From the NCBI RefSeq assembly GCF_009914755.1, contig NC_060935.1: 64,000 bases of DNA. One strand, 5' to 3'. A program made the position numbers and the translations under genes. This DNA comes from the human T2T-CHM13v2.0 reference genome, Homo sapiens. Under the pieces are notes generated by a model that did not search any database, was not told where the DNA came from, and saw only the letters and a list, made by a program, of their open reading frames with translations. Shown here piece by piece: positions 14,030 through 26,445 of this stretch (positions are counted from its first letter, which is position 1; each line of letters starts with the position of its first letter).

Positions 14030-15430
14030 GCCAGGCTTTTGTGTTTTCCTGTCTTGTCGTGGAATAGTTCTAGTATCTACAAAGGAAGAGAGTGTCACGA
14101 CTCAGCTCCCGGCATGCACAGGCAGATCTGGGCTGGTTTCATGCTGCTTTCTGGCACTGTGTCTTCCTGGCCAGGGGAGCCCGTCCCTCCGGGGTCCAGA
14201 GTCCTCTCGCGATGGCCTCGGCAGTGGTATCCGTCTCATTTCTAGGGAGTCCGTTTTACCTTTCCTTTGTTGCTTCTGGACCTTGAGCCATAGCTGGAAG
14301 AACTCACCTGTGGTTTCCTCCAGCCCTGACCAGGTTAACTGTGTGTGCTCCATGGTGGCTGGGAGTTTCCTGGGTAAGTGGTGTGAGGCACAGGCCTGCT
14401 GTCACTCTTCCCTCGTCTTCCCAGTTCTCCCAGCACTATGTTTTCCACAGTCCATCTGTCCTGCCTGACTGGAGGGGCCGTCTTCTCTGTAAACCAGACG
14501 TCCAGAGGCAGTAGGAAGGGTCTGCTTTGGGGTTTTTCTATTCTGTCCCACTGGTCTCCTGGACTTTTCCTTTACCAGGGCCCTACTGACTTGGTGGTCC
14601 CGGTACTAAAGTCAATTTCATGATGTCACTTTGTGCCTCGGCAGGGCTTTCTTTTTCGGGGGTTTCCTGGTGGCGCTTGCAGCCTTGCTTTTCCCAGTGA
14701 ACGTTGCCATCACCTTATCCAGCCCCGGGAAGAAACTCGAAGGCCGCGGGTGAATAAACTGGGGGAGACTGACATCTCGGTGGTCTCCAGGAGCATGGTG
14801 TGTGTGTTTATGGGCAGCATTTTATGGTTTCGTTATGTAGATTGCAGGCAGTTTAAGTCTATTCCTCATCATAATAATATTGAGAGAATAAGTTGTTATT
14901 GTTGCCATCACATAGGGAGTTTCTAGTCTATCATGTTTTCCAGGCACTTTCCTGGCGTCTGCGAAAGCTGTTAATTTCTGCTACAGCCTGTGGTCCTGCT
15001 ACTTCTCGTGACTGTGGTCGTAGAAGTTTTTCCCTCTGTCCTTTGCATCTTTTGCGTTTCCAGATAAGGGATGCCTGCCAGGAGGGCAGATTGCTGCTTG
15101 GGTCTGTCCAGAGCTGGGGGTGGTACCTGCGGCCAGCGGGGCCCTCCTGGCTTCTGTGGGCGGGCCGGCTGCCAGGCGGGGGGTGCGCACCTCCCGTGCT
15201 CAGGAAGGGTCCTTCAGGTCCGATGCCTGGCGTGGTTTTACGGTGACCATGTGGATTCTGGTCAGGGGTCTTTCCTGCTTCTGTGAGGTGCTCCTGTCAG
15301 TGAGGGGCCCCCCTTGCCTTCCTGGAATAAACCCCCTTGGTCCTGGCGTGTGAGTTTCATGTCCTATCACATTGTACTCTCATGCTTTGTTCAGACTTTT
15401 GCACTGCCCTGTGAAGTGGGGTGTGTGTGT
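14030..15430 (-). mobile_element. Highly degraded old L1 (ORF2 region)
   Basis: Patches such as gaagaactcacctgtg, gggagactgacatct and cttcctggaataaaccccttggtc resemble antisense L1M ORF2. Confidence 0.5.
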
Positions 15431-15849
15431 CATCTTGTGGTGCCATCTTGGTTGGGGTGAGGCCATCCTTCCCCCACAGGGCGATGTCCAATACCCTTGG
15501 CAGCATGGGCCTCATGTTTTATGGGGTCCCCAAGGTACCTGCCCAGGATCCCCAAGTCCTCCTCACCCACCACAGACCTGGCTCTCAGATGAGCACCCAG
15601 CCAAGTCTCTGGCCATGTCTAGCAGGAGGATGTTCTGCCCCGGCCAACTGACAGGGTTGGCTCAACTGCAGGAGTGGGCACGGCATGTCCTTTGCTGGTT
15701 CTGCCATGGGGCGGGTCTGTGGGGGGTCCCTGACCTGGTAGTTGTCCCTGGAGGGCCTGGGGCCAAGGATGCCAGTGGTTCCCAGGCTGTGAGAGCCGCG
15801 CTGCCAAACATTCCCCTGGAGAGTCTCCGTGTGAGGCCCTTTGTACCTC

Positions 15850-16230
15850 TGCAGGTGTGTGTACATGTGTGTATGTGAGTGCCCACATGCACGGGAATGT
15901 GTACACGCATGTGCGTGTTTATGGGTGAGCTGTGTGCTTAAGTGTGCATCTGTATCTGAGTATTATGTAAGTGTGCATACACATGAGCACGTGGGGACTT
16001 TCACGCATGTTTGGCTCTGTTTCAATGTGTGTACATGTGTGCACATGTGTATCTGAGCGTGTACATGTGTGAATGTGGCCACATATAGGCACATTGTAGT
16101 GTGCGCCTGTGAGCATGTATTGTATGTTTATGCATGGCTGTGTTGTGTGTATTTATGTATAGCTATGTGTCGCTGCGTGTGTGTACCTATGTGTATGTAC
16201 GTGTGTTCATGCCTGTGCTGTGTGTGAGAC
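15850..16230. repeat. Degenerate (TG/TA)n purine-pyrimidine tract
   Basis: gtgtgtacatgtgtgtatgt-type sequence over about 380 bp. Confidence 0.9.
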
Positions 16231-16499
16231 GTGAGATCCTGCCTGTCCCGTCCCTCACGTACTAACCTGGATCTAGGTGGTTAGCCCCTCGCCCCCAGGT
16301 GGCCTGGGACTTGCCTGGTTTTAAATGGAGCCCCGGTGCTAACGTGAGCCCACCCAGGTGCTCCTGCCCAGCCAGGGCTGTCTGTCAGCACCACAGCGTC
16401 CAAGTTCAGGTCCTCACTTCCTAGGTGGTTATCTCCCAGGCAGCTGGGAGGGCGAAGCCTGGAGAAGCCTGCACCCAGGCCGGCCCTGCAGGGACCTTC

Positions 16500-16675
16500 A
16501 GACGTGCCCTGGGCTCCACATGCCCGTCTGCAGCTCGAGAATTAGACGTGTTCTGGGCTCCACATGCCCGTCTGCAGCTCGAGAATTAGACGTGCCCTGG
16601 GCTCCACATGCCCGTCTGCAGCTCGAGAATTAGACGTGCCCTGGGCTTCATGTGCCCGTCTGCAGCCCTAGAATC
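16500..16675. repeat. 44-bp minisatellite, 4 copies
   Basis: Unit AGACGTGCCCTGGGCTCCACATGCCCGTCTGCAGCTCGAGAATT at 16500, 16544, 16588 and 16632 (last copy diverged). Confidence 0.97.
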
Positions 16676-16886
16676 ACCAGCAGCACCCCAAGGCCCCCAT
16701 GCGGCATCTAAACCAGGCAGGGGACAGGGGCATGGAGCAGACCAGGTAGGGTTGCTCCCTAGGATGCAGCCCTGCCCAGGCAGGAGGGCAGACCCTACAC
16801 AGTGCTGAGCTGTGCCCCCAGGGAAGCCTCCAAGATGGTCCTCATCCCAGCAGCCCTGCCCACTGTCTGCGCATCCCTGGGGTCTG

Positions 16887-16904
16887 TGCGCCACCTGGTG
16901 GCTA
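16887..16904 (-). promoter_or_regulatory. CTCF core motif, reverse orientation
   Basis: Minus strand reads TAGCCACCAGGTGGCGCA, a full match to CCASYAGRKGGCRS. Confidence 0.8.
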
Positions 16905-18283
16905 TTTGCTGAACTGTGGCCACAAACCCCTGGTCAGCAGGAACCGGCCCTTTCACTGCCCTGCAGCTCCCTCTCCTCCGGGGTGGCATGGCAGAGAAGC
17001 AGCCCGTGGCCCCAAGCATAGAGCCCCCTTTCTGCTGTAGTCCCCCTTGCAGTCCCCTCTGCCTTTTCCACTGCTTGGAAGGCAGAGAGACCCTGGCCGC
17101 CTCCCTTGTCCCTTTATCTGTCATGCCAGCTGCCTCCCTGCCACACCTTGCGTCTCACCAGGCAACCCTGCAAACAGCAGCTGGGGAGGACTTTCTAAGA
17201 CAAAAACCTGATCATTCCAGAAGCTCCCTGTGACGTTTAGGCTACATTCCCCAAGGTGGTGCCACGTTCAGGCCCATCACCTGTAACACTACCCACCCCA
17301 CCTCACCCAGCCTGGGCTCACTCACTCCAGGCCAAGCCTTGGACATTCCTGGCTGCCCCAGGGCCTTTGCAAGCCCTCTTCTCTGGACCTGGCTGTCCTC
17401 GGGAGTGTCAGCACTCAGCCTCTTGTCAGGTTTCAGGCCTCTGCTTGGCACTATCCTGCACACCATCCCCGCCGACCTGCCCTGTTCTGGGTTCATGGGG
17501 CTCTGGGAGGCTCACAAGCATCTGTCTGCCTCAGGCCATTCCACACTCCCTGAGGGTGGGACCCCGTGGCTGCGCTAACCCCACAAGCTCTGCATGGCGC
17601 TTCCTGGCCGTGCATGTCCCTCCCTGCATCAAATGCATAGGCCAGAGTTGCCCAACGAGGACGACCCAGCTTGGTATGTGCTCCCGGCTTCAGCTGCCCC
17701 TGAGTGATGGAGACACCCTCCCACTCGCCTTGCCACACTTCCCAGCAGTCTCTCGAAGCACTGGCCGCGTGGAAACAAATCCTTCAAGGGGATTTGAGGG
17801 TCCAACTGTCACTCAGTCATGGCCATGGTGGGGGCACGTTGGGGACACAGCAGAGAGTGAGGCAGCCGTGGGCCTGGCCTTGACAGGCGGATGTACAGAC
17901 ACATCAGGGCCGAGACTGAGGCGTGGGCTCTGGGTGGGGAGACAGTGACCACTTGCTTGGAGGAGGGGGCGCTCAGGTGGGAGGGGCACAGTGAGAAGGA
18001 GGTAAGCTGGTGCTGGCGGGGCAGGCAGGGACCCCTCCCAGGGCTCACAGCTTCCAGCGGACAGCAGGCACAGGGCTGTGGGGATCAGAGCACAGGCAGA
18101 AGTCACCTGACAGCAGGTTCCCGAGGCTTCAGGCCTGGAGGAGTGAGGACGGCTGTTGGGTTCTTGATTCCAGCAGAGGGAGGCTGTGCAGGGTTGCAGG
18201 AAGGACGGTTGGGGGCGCTTCGGGGAGGTACGAGAAGCAAAGGTGTTTGCGGCCCTTGGGGCCAGGCGGCGGGAAGGCCTGTA

Positions 18284-18300
18284 GACGCCAGAGGGCGCTC
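18284..18300 (+). promoter_or_regulatory. CTCF core motif, forward orientation
   Basis: GACGCCAGAGGGCGCTC, near-consensus, in a CpG-rich context. Confidence 0.65.
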
Positions 18301-18804
18301 GTGCTACATGCAACTCAGGAGCTGCTGGCACCCGCCAAGGAGTGCTGAGCGCGGGGAGCCCAAACCACAGCCTTGGGGAACCCAGGAGGGGCCGGGCGGG
18401 TGCAGGACCCGCATGAGGGATTCCGAGAGCACGATGTTTAAATGTTGGGGGAAAAAATGGATCAAAGCGATGTGTTCCCAGGGAGCCCCTGTTTTCTCGT
18501 TTCTTTTCGTACGCCCAGCTTTGCAGTGCCAGAAAGCTGTTATCTCAGCACTGCTAAGGAAACCCCAGCGCGGCCTCGGAGGGATTAGGCATTCTGCTGA
18601 ACCAGGGATATGCGGTGGGCCTGAAAAAGCCATTTCGGGAGGAATCTGGTCTCGGCTGGGGTCCGGCCGGCACCGTGAACACCACGTGAACACCACGTCG
18701 GAAATCTGCTGGGCAGGGAGATTTCCTCAAGGCCTCCCAGGGAGGAGAGCCACTTCCTGGGCTGCAAAGAGGGCCCCAACCTGGCTTCTGAATTCAGAGG
18801 GGGC

Positions 18805-18995
18805 TGTGTGTGCACGTGTGTACGTACGTGCATGTGCACGTCTGTGTACCCATGTCTGTGGAAGTGGCACACGTGTGCATGTGTGCACTCAGTGTACGTG
18901 TGCGTGCCTGTGGGTAGCTCCGTGCGCACATGCGTACACATATGCCTGGTGTGTGTGTGCACACGTGTGTCTGACGTGTGTGTGCTTTGCGTGTT
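18805..18995. repeat. Degenerate (TG/CA/CG)n tract
   Basis: gtgtgtgcacgtgtgtacgtacgtgcatgtgcacg... Confidence 0.9.
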
Positions 18996-21900
18996 CTTGC
19001 CTGGGAAGGAGTTCCCGGTTTGGGTGGCTCTCCTGTTTCTTGCCGAGGCCAGCTGCTGCTAGAAACTGGCCCCCTGCTCTCTGCAGTAAGAGACCCTGCC
19101 CTGGCCCAGGTGAGGGCCTGGCTTTTGTCTCCAGGATCACAGCTTTTGTCAAACTCCACACAAAGAGAGAGGCACTCAAAAGCACAACACAAACACGGCT
19201 AGTCCGCGCCTTTGGTGGTGAACATACCAGGGAATTGTCCTGCAATGCCTGTGGTTAAAAAACCCCGTGAGCTGCGGCCCCGGAGGCCTAGGGGATGAGG
19301 TCATCGCTGCGGCTTCCTCCCCTCTGCTGAGGCTCCCTCCGCCCCGCCCGGTGGCCCACCCCTCCCGCCAGCTGCAGCCTCCACTGCCTGGGTTTCTGCT
19401 GCGCCTTCAGCACACAGCGAGGCCTCAGTTTCCCTCCCAGCTCAGAGCAAGGCCTCAGTTTCCCTCCCAGCAGCAAAGTGAGACCCTGTAGGGAGTCTCT
19501 GGGCCTCCGTGACGGCCCTGGGCGGCCCTCTCTGTGGAACAAGGTCGGGTCCTGTCCTCAGCGCCCTGGCCTCCACTTGCTCAGGGCGCCCGCAGGCCCG
19601 CAGGTCCTCACCTGGTGTTTTTCACCTGGGACCCGCAGCTGCTCTGATGAGGAGCCTGCTCTGCGCACGGCCTGGGGCGGTTTCCCGCAGCACCATTTCT
19701 GCCGCTGCCGGGAAAAGACGCAGAGCAAAGGCACCTTTGCCCAGGTTGGGGAACCAGTGGGTGACTCAGGATTTTCCTCCACCCACCCCGAGGTCTGACT
19801 CCCTCTGCAGCTGCCGCCCGCTGAGGGTTGTCTTCCTCCCTGCCTGCCTCGCCCTGCCTGGTGAGCTCCTATGGGTCTGACGAAGCCCCGTCCTGCACAC
19901 TTGCTTCGGGGGCGACTCCCCACTAGACTGGTTGCCCAGGGACGGGGGTACCCACTCCCTCCTCAGGGCTGCAGGGTGCTCTGGGAAGAGTTGTGTCCCT
20001 CTGTGGGCCTGTGGGCTCACTTGCCTTTTTGTCCCTGTCACTTGGGAGCTACCCAGCTAAGACCGGTCCCCACCACCCAGGCCACTCTGAGGCTTCAGAA
20101 CGCGGTCGTCTTCTCCCTGGCAGGGTTGTTTCCGCCTGCATTTGTTCAGCCAGCAAATCTTTATTAAGCACCTACTGTGTGCCAGGATCTATGTGCAAGC
20201 AGCCCATGGGCTCATGAAAGGCAGAGCTGGACTGAGATTCCGCACCCCTGGGATCCTCACTGCAGGGCCCTGTGTATGTGCGGGCTGGAGCCCTGGTTCC
20301 TGTCTGCACTGAGCCCCTGGAGCTAGGCCCAGAGGACTTGACAGATGTGGGCCCTCCGTCTGCACAGCCCCCAGGGCACGGGGTGGCCTGCAGCTCTGCC
20401 CAGCCAGACTTCAGGTCACTGCCCCATGAGCCTGTAGGAGAAACTTCTCACTCATCTGTCCTGAGACCTGCCTGGAGCCCACCCCAGGGAGACAGAGGCT
20501 CTCGGAGCCTGTTCAGGGTGAAAGGACGCTAGACACTGGCCTGCAGGCTTTGGGCGGGTAAGGGTAGCGAAGGTGAAAGTGGACCAGGGGCAGGTGGAGC
20601 AGGGTAGGCCCAAGTGTCTGTCTGGGGCAGCTGGGGACACCCAGGTGGGCTGAACTTCAGCTGCCACCCAGCTTCAGCTGCCAAGGCTCCTCCCGGGTCA
20701 GGGTCGACCCCTGATGTCCCGGCAAGAGTTCCAAGAACAAAGGCTCAGAATCCACCAAGCGGAACTTGAAGCCACTGCCCTGTGGGGACAGGAGAAGTGA
20801 CTTGGCCGGCTCTCCGGAGCCCAGTGTTGATCACTGAGGACCACCGGATACAAGTCCCTCCTGCCTTCCCCTTTAGTGACACTGAAGCTGTTGAAATCCC
20901 CATCCACCAGGAGCTCCTGGTCCTGGGGAGCCCTGTGCAACCCACTCACTGCCTTTCAGAGCCCTGTGGCGTCTCTCTCATGCGCTGGCCGTAGAGCTTC
21001 CTGAAAGCATCTCTATCACCCACTCTGCACCTGAGAGAGGGCGGTCAGGTGACTGGTACCCCCTGAAGACCCGGGACCAGGCCCCCTGCCTCTGGGAATC
21101 CATCAAAATGCTCCCTTCTGAGGCCGCTTTGCTGGGCGTAGGATCAGCCTTGCTTTGAGGGCTGTTTAGGAGAGGAACCCCGGCGCTGCTGCTCCCCGGA
21201 GGCAGCCAGTGCTTGTGATGGGCACCCTGCCTCCAGTGTTCTGCTTCAGGGTGTGGGATGCACAGCTGGGGGCAGGGGCGCTGCTGAAGCCACAGTCTCA
21301 GAGCCTGAGGCCCACGGGGCATGGCATGAAGACCCGGTGGTTCTGTTCCCCCGGGACAGCCTTGGTCCAGCCTCACTGGCCACATGCTCTGCCGAGCACA
21401 CCCGCTGCTGTCCCCAGCCACCCAGCCCCATGCACAGGCCACGCGGCGACAGGGGCTGCTGAAGGAAGGCTGGTCCGCTCCCTGCCTGTGACAGGAGCTC
21501 AGGCTCAGGGCAGCAGGGGCGCTCAGCTGGGCCGCGGCTCCACGGTGTTAAGGGATTCTAGAAATTTCCTGCTGTGCCAGGCTGCAGCAGAGACTCCGGC
21601 CCCACCAGGCTTCCTGTACTTGGTGATAAACACACCATCCGCACTGCCTGCGGCTCTTACAGGAGTCTCTCGTGCACCATTGCTCAACCCCCGAGAGTTA
21701 TGGAAGGAAGGGAGGCTGGGGTGGGTGCCCCGAGTGCCTTGTTGGAGTGGAGGCTGGCGCTGCCCTGCCCCACAGGGTGGCTGGCAGGGCTCAGCAGTTG
21801 CCTGGCCTGTGGGGGCAGAGGACCTGGGGAGACATGCTGAGCCCTCCCAGCGAGACACTGAGGGTCGGGAGGGTAACATGTGATTTTGAGGCCACCCGCT

Positions 21901-22074
21901 ACAGCTTCTTGGGACCTCCCTCTCTCAGGCGGGTCTGGAACCCAACAGAGCTGGTTTGGGCCACAGCAGTGGCTTCCCAGGCTGGGCTTCAAAACCGGAC
22001 ACAGGGCGTGGCTCTCCCTCCCAGCCTGCCAGAGGGACCGCTGGGCCTATCTCCAGCCACGTGGGTCGCGAGAG

Positions 22075-22480
22075 TCGACCTGGGCTGCGTGATGGGGGAC
22101 CCCAGGCTGGGCGGCTTAAACCGTGGAGGTCGCCCTCTCACAGCTCTGGACGATGGAGGGCCGAGACCCAGGTGTGGGCAGGGCTGGTTCTTCTGAGGCC
22201 CCTCCCGGCTTCTGAGGGTGGCTAGCAACTGTCTTCTAGATGTAGTACCCCAATCCCCCCCAGTCCCTCCCTTTACCTCACAGGGCATCCTCCCTGCGTG
22301 TGAGTCTGGAGCCAAATTTCTCCTCTATGTAAGGACACCAGTCTTACTGGATTGGAGGCTACCCTACTCCACTGTGACCCCCCTCCTAACTGATCATATC
22401 TGCAGGGACCCCATTTCCAAACAAGGTCTTACTCTGAGTACTGGGGATTAGGGCTTCATCATATGAATTTGAGGGCAACC
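22075..22480 (-). mobile_element. MLT1B/C-like LTR
   Basis: ggctgggcggcttaaac...ccatttccaaacaaggtcttactctgagtactggggattagggcttcatcatatgaattt. Confidence 0.85.
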
Positions 22481-22685
22481 CAGGGGTCTCCAAACCATGG
22501 CCCACAGGGTGGCTCCCTGTGTGTGTAAATAAAGCTTTATTAGCACACAGCACCACATACTTGAGGGCCTAATGCCTCTGGCTGCTTTGTGCCATGGCAG
22601 ATTTGAGTCCTGCCATGGAGACCATGCAGCCCACAGGGCCTAAGATTTCTACTACCTGACCTTCCAGGAAAGGTTTGCCACGCTA
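22481..22685 (+). mobile_element. MER58A-like hAT-Charlie MITE
   Basis: caggggtctccaaaccatggcccac...gtaaataaagctttattagcacacagc...gaaaggtttgcca. Confidence 0.8.
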
Positions 22686-23029
22686 TTTATTTAGCAGGAT
22701 AATTTTGGAAAGAGCAGTTGCTAGGGGCATTTAAACTTGCAGTCGAATTAGTAACAATTTTATTTTTTGGGAAAATAGAAGTGGGAGAGCGTGTGCCCCG
22801 GGCCAGCCCACCGTGCCCCACGTTTCTACAGTGCCCAGGTTGGCGCAGGGCCTTTTGGTTCCACAGTCTGTGTCTTTCTTCCTGGGTGTCTGAATTTTGA
22901 TTTAATCTCAGGCTTGTCAGAACGAGCAGCTCCCAGGCACCCTCTGCCAGGTCAGCAGTGGCTTTCATCTTCTGCCATTTGCTCTGCACGTTTCTCTCTA
23001 TATGCAAAAACCTATATGGGTTTTGTGGG

Positions 23030-23348
23030 GTTTTTTGTTGTTGGTTTTTTATTTTTATTTTTTTGAGAGAGAGAGGGTCTTGCTGTGTTGCCCAGGTTGG
23101 AGAGTAGTGGCATACTCACGGCTCACTGCAGCCTCGGCCTCCTGGCCTCAAGTGTTCCCACTTCAGCCTCCTGAGCAGCTGGGACTGTGGGTGCGTGCCA
23201 CCATGCCCCGCTAATTTTTGTATTTTTTGTAGAGATGGGGTTTTGCCATGTTACCTAGGCTGGTCTTAAACTCCTGAGCTCAAACAATCCTCCCACCTCG
23301 GCCAACCCAAAGTGCTGAGATTATAGGCATGAACCACTGCACTCAGCC
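23030..23348 (-). mobile_element. AluJ, probably inside an old L1MC-like fragment (about 22700-23600)
   Basis: Diverged dimeric Alu with J-type ctcctgagctcaaacaatcctccc. Confidence 0.93.
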
Positions 23349-23923
23349 TGCTTTGTTTTTATCCTGAGTCATTTGAGAGTAAGTTGGAGGCAGTATGACC
23401 GTTTCTCCGTATAAAGCCCGTGTATATCCTCTGGAATGAGGACCTTCAACTTAGCCAGGGTGTCCGACTCTCAGGACACCGCTGTCCATTTCACAGCCTG
23501 CATTTAAGGCTCGTCACTGGTCCCAGTGAGTGTGGCTGGTTTTTTCTCATTGCACATGGCTGTCACGCGGTTTCAGCTTCTTTGACCTGGAGCAGCCCTG
23601 CCCGGCCTTCCCTTCTTGGTCTCTCTCTTGGGCAGGGAAGGGCGGTGGACATGGAGGCTTGGGGACAGTCCCCTGGCCCCACGGATGTTGTGTGGACGAG
23701 TTGGAGGGCTCACAGGCCCCTCTGTGGGGCCCAGGGCAGAGGCAGCAGGCAGGCTGTCTCCACCACGATGGACATCATTTATGCCCCAGCCAGGTCCCCT
23801 GTCCCAGGACCGCGGTTGACAGGGTTTGGATTGGCTGCGTTCCTGTCTGAAGGCAGCTGCTTGGGAGGAGGACAGCTGACATTCTTTCATGCGAAATCTG
23901 CTTGCGGGAGAGTCGTGAAAGTG

Positions 23924-24003
23924 GGAATCCTGGGCTGGAACCGGAACGTTCCCCGAGTACATAGGAATCCTGGGCTGGAACCGGAAACTTCCCTGAGTAT
24001 ACG
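23924..24003. repeat. 40-bp tandem duplication
   Basis: GGAATCCTGGGCTGGAACCGGAA at 23924 and 23964. Confidence 0.9.
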
Positions 24004-26299
24004 GGGCCTTGTGTGTGGAGGGGCCCTACGGTGAATCGTTTTCTGTAACAAAGGCTTCCTCTGTGCAGCCCACACACGGGCCTCACGTTATCTTCTGCAG
24101 GCCAGAATTGTCATATATATCAAGTTTGTTCAGAACAAGATGGGGTGGGGTGGGGGGCAGTGAGGGGCCTGGGGCAGGAGGTAGAGGAAACTGCAAGATT
24201 TTTTAAACCTTCTCCAAAAACACGTAACCCGATTCTGTCCAAGCGATTTGTGAGAATGGGGTTGACACCCCTGGGCTGGAACCTGGGAACCACCAGTCAG
24301 CGTCTTTCCTCCAGGGAGGCTGTGCAGAGGGAAGGCAGTGAGCCCCACCTGGGTTTGAGGAACCTGGGGCTTCAAGGGAGGCGGTCTCAGCCCATGGTGC
24401 TCCGGCCAGGGGTGGGGCAGCCGAGGCATGAGTGGACGATGTCCCGTCGGCAGCCCGTGGTCCCTCTGGGGGGCAAGGTGCCTGTTCCCCATTGCTCCTC
24501 CACCAGAACACCTCCTCCAGATCTCCGCCAGGTGCGCCCCCTGAAGGAAAAGGGGATGGGGGCCTGGCTCGTGCCTGGTGGCAAGTCCTCTTGGGCCCCA
24601 GAAAGACCCCATAATGGCCAGGTAGAAGCTCCTACCTGCTGCTGCCTGAAGAGTCTGGGGCCCTGTCGGCTGGTTCCATCGTCTTCCCTGTTTTCAAGCT
24701 ACAGGAGCGCAATCTTTCCAGAGCATTGAGTGGCTAGAGGAACGGGCTTACGCTAGGCAGGCGCTGGCATCTTAGACAATACCTGACATCTTTGCGGGAG
24801 CTCTGGTGAGAGGCCCCACAAGCGTGTGACCCTGTGCGGACTCCACCGCGGCAGCCTGGGAGCCAAGCCGATGGCTGTGCTGGCCGAAGGGAACACCGCC
24901 ATGGTGCTCTGCTCTCTGCAGCCCTGGGTCTGGTTGGAAGTTGCATCCCTGGTGAAGGGCGGCCGCGGCTTTCCAGCTCTCCCAGGCCAGTTCCCGTGTT
25001 TTCTCTCCCGCCTTCCCCATAGTCCAGGACAAAAGTCAGACCTTGGTGGGGGGTGCGCCTGCTGCAGGGGCCCCCAGGCTTCTCCATTCGGGTTTAGTGG
25101 GATTAGAGTGTGCGGCCATGGGGACAGGTGTTTCCTTTATGTTCTGCCTGAGGGCTGGAAAGAGCCTCATCAGTGAGTGCCACGTTCGGTGGGGGTCTCT
25201 GGTGCAGGGGAGCCGGCGGGCCGGGTTGGGTTATGTCCTTGTTTTCACATCTGACCCTGGCCAGCTGGAGAGCCTCGCTTGAAGCGCAGGGCAGCAGCTG
25301 ACACAACACAACGGGACGGGCTGAGCAGGCCGGGCGCAGGCAGGCTTGGGGGAGCTGGCACTGGCACTGCACGTGGGGCTCCTAGGGGGCTGCTAGGGAA
25401 GTCATTGGGGGATAATAGGATCCACCCTGTGGGGCCCACTGGCCATGGAGTACTGCACAGTGGGGTCCACCCGCTGTGTCCCTGAACAAGGAGGTAGCCT
25501 GAGGTCTCCTCTGACGCTGGGCAGCAGCCTGGGGAGGGGGCTGGGCAGGTGCCAGGGGAACCCCCTAGAGGGCATTACATTCAGATGAGTTCTAATTATG
25601 TTCTTGGCTTCCCAGGTCACACAGAGTGAAAACCAGAGGCCCTGGCCGTGCACCATTGAAGTGTGTCATCATGTGACTTTGCAGGTTGGGGGGACAGGGC
25701 TCGGTGCGGCCTCACGGGGTCAGGAGCCACGGCTCGAGCACCTCGGATCCCAGCCCCCTGTTCAGGGCCAGGCCTAGACAGCTCTTCCCACGAGATTTTC
25801 TTTCTCCCGGGTATAAAACTGGCCAACGGGATGCCTGGTGGGATGACTGGGGTACCTGGGGCCAGGGGCGGCCAGCAGCCTCCTCAGTAGCTTGTGGGAG
25901 ATGCTCTCAACCCCAAGGTCAGCTCCAGCTGGCCTCAGGAGGAGTGGATGTTCCCTTCAGGTGTCTTTAGGACCCTGGCAACTGGGGACAATAGTCTCCT
26001 CCCCAAATATGCAGTCTTGACTCCTGGCCACTTGGGAAGGTGCGTTCTGGTCCTCTGGGCCTCACAGCTTTGTGCCCTCTAGGGTGGCAATGGGAGGCAG
26101 AGAGCACAGCCTGGGGACTTGCTGTGAGGGGACTGCATTTAGATTTTTAGGTGAAGCCAATCCCTGTTGGGCTGAGAAAAGTCCTGGGCGGCTGTGAGCT
26201 GGTGGTGAGTTTTCCAGACTTGGTCATGGTCAAGGTAGTTGAAGTCGGGGGTTGAAAAACACACTCGTGTCCAGCCCAGATGCCTTATGGAGAAGAGGA

Positions 26300-26445
26300 T
26301 GCACAGGCACACACGCACAGACATATGTGCACGGATGGGCGTGTGGACGTATGCACACATAGGTACCCATGTGGACACACTCACGTGTGTGTGCACGTTC
26401 AGGCTCAGACACGTGCCTGCATGCACACGTGCACACGTGCACACC
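26300..26445. repeat. Degenerate (CA/TG)n tract
   Basis: gcacacacgcacagacatatgtgcac...gcacacgtgcacacgtgcacac. Confidence 0.8.

Larger units (their letters stand above)
18200..19920. promoter_or_regulatory. CpG-enriched intronic segment with GC boxes
   Basis: Visibly elevated CpG density (not computed) and CCGCCCCGCCC near 19339. Confidence 0.35.

Noticed and set aside
17891-19258. 455-aa ATG-initiated ORF
   Set aside because: No recognisable domain, G/R/A/C-biased, and it runs through a stop-poor TG repeat in GC-rich DNA. Likely chance. Ribo-seq or PhyloCSF support would be needed.
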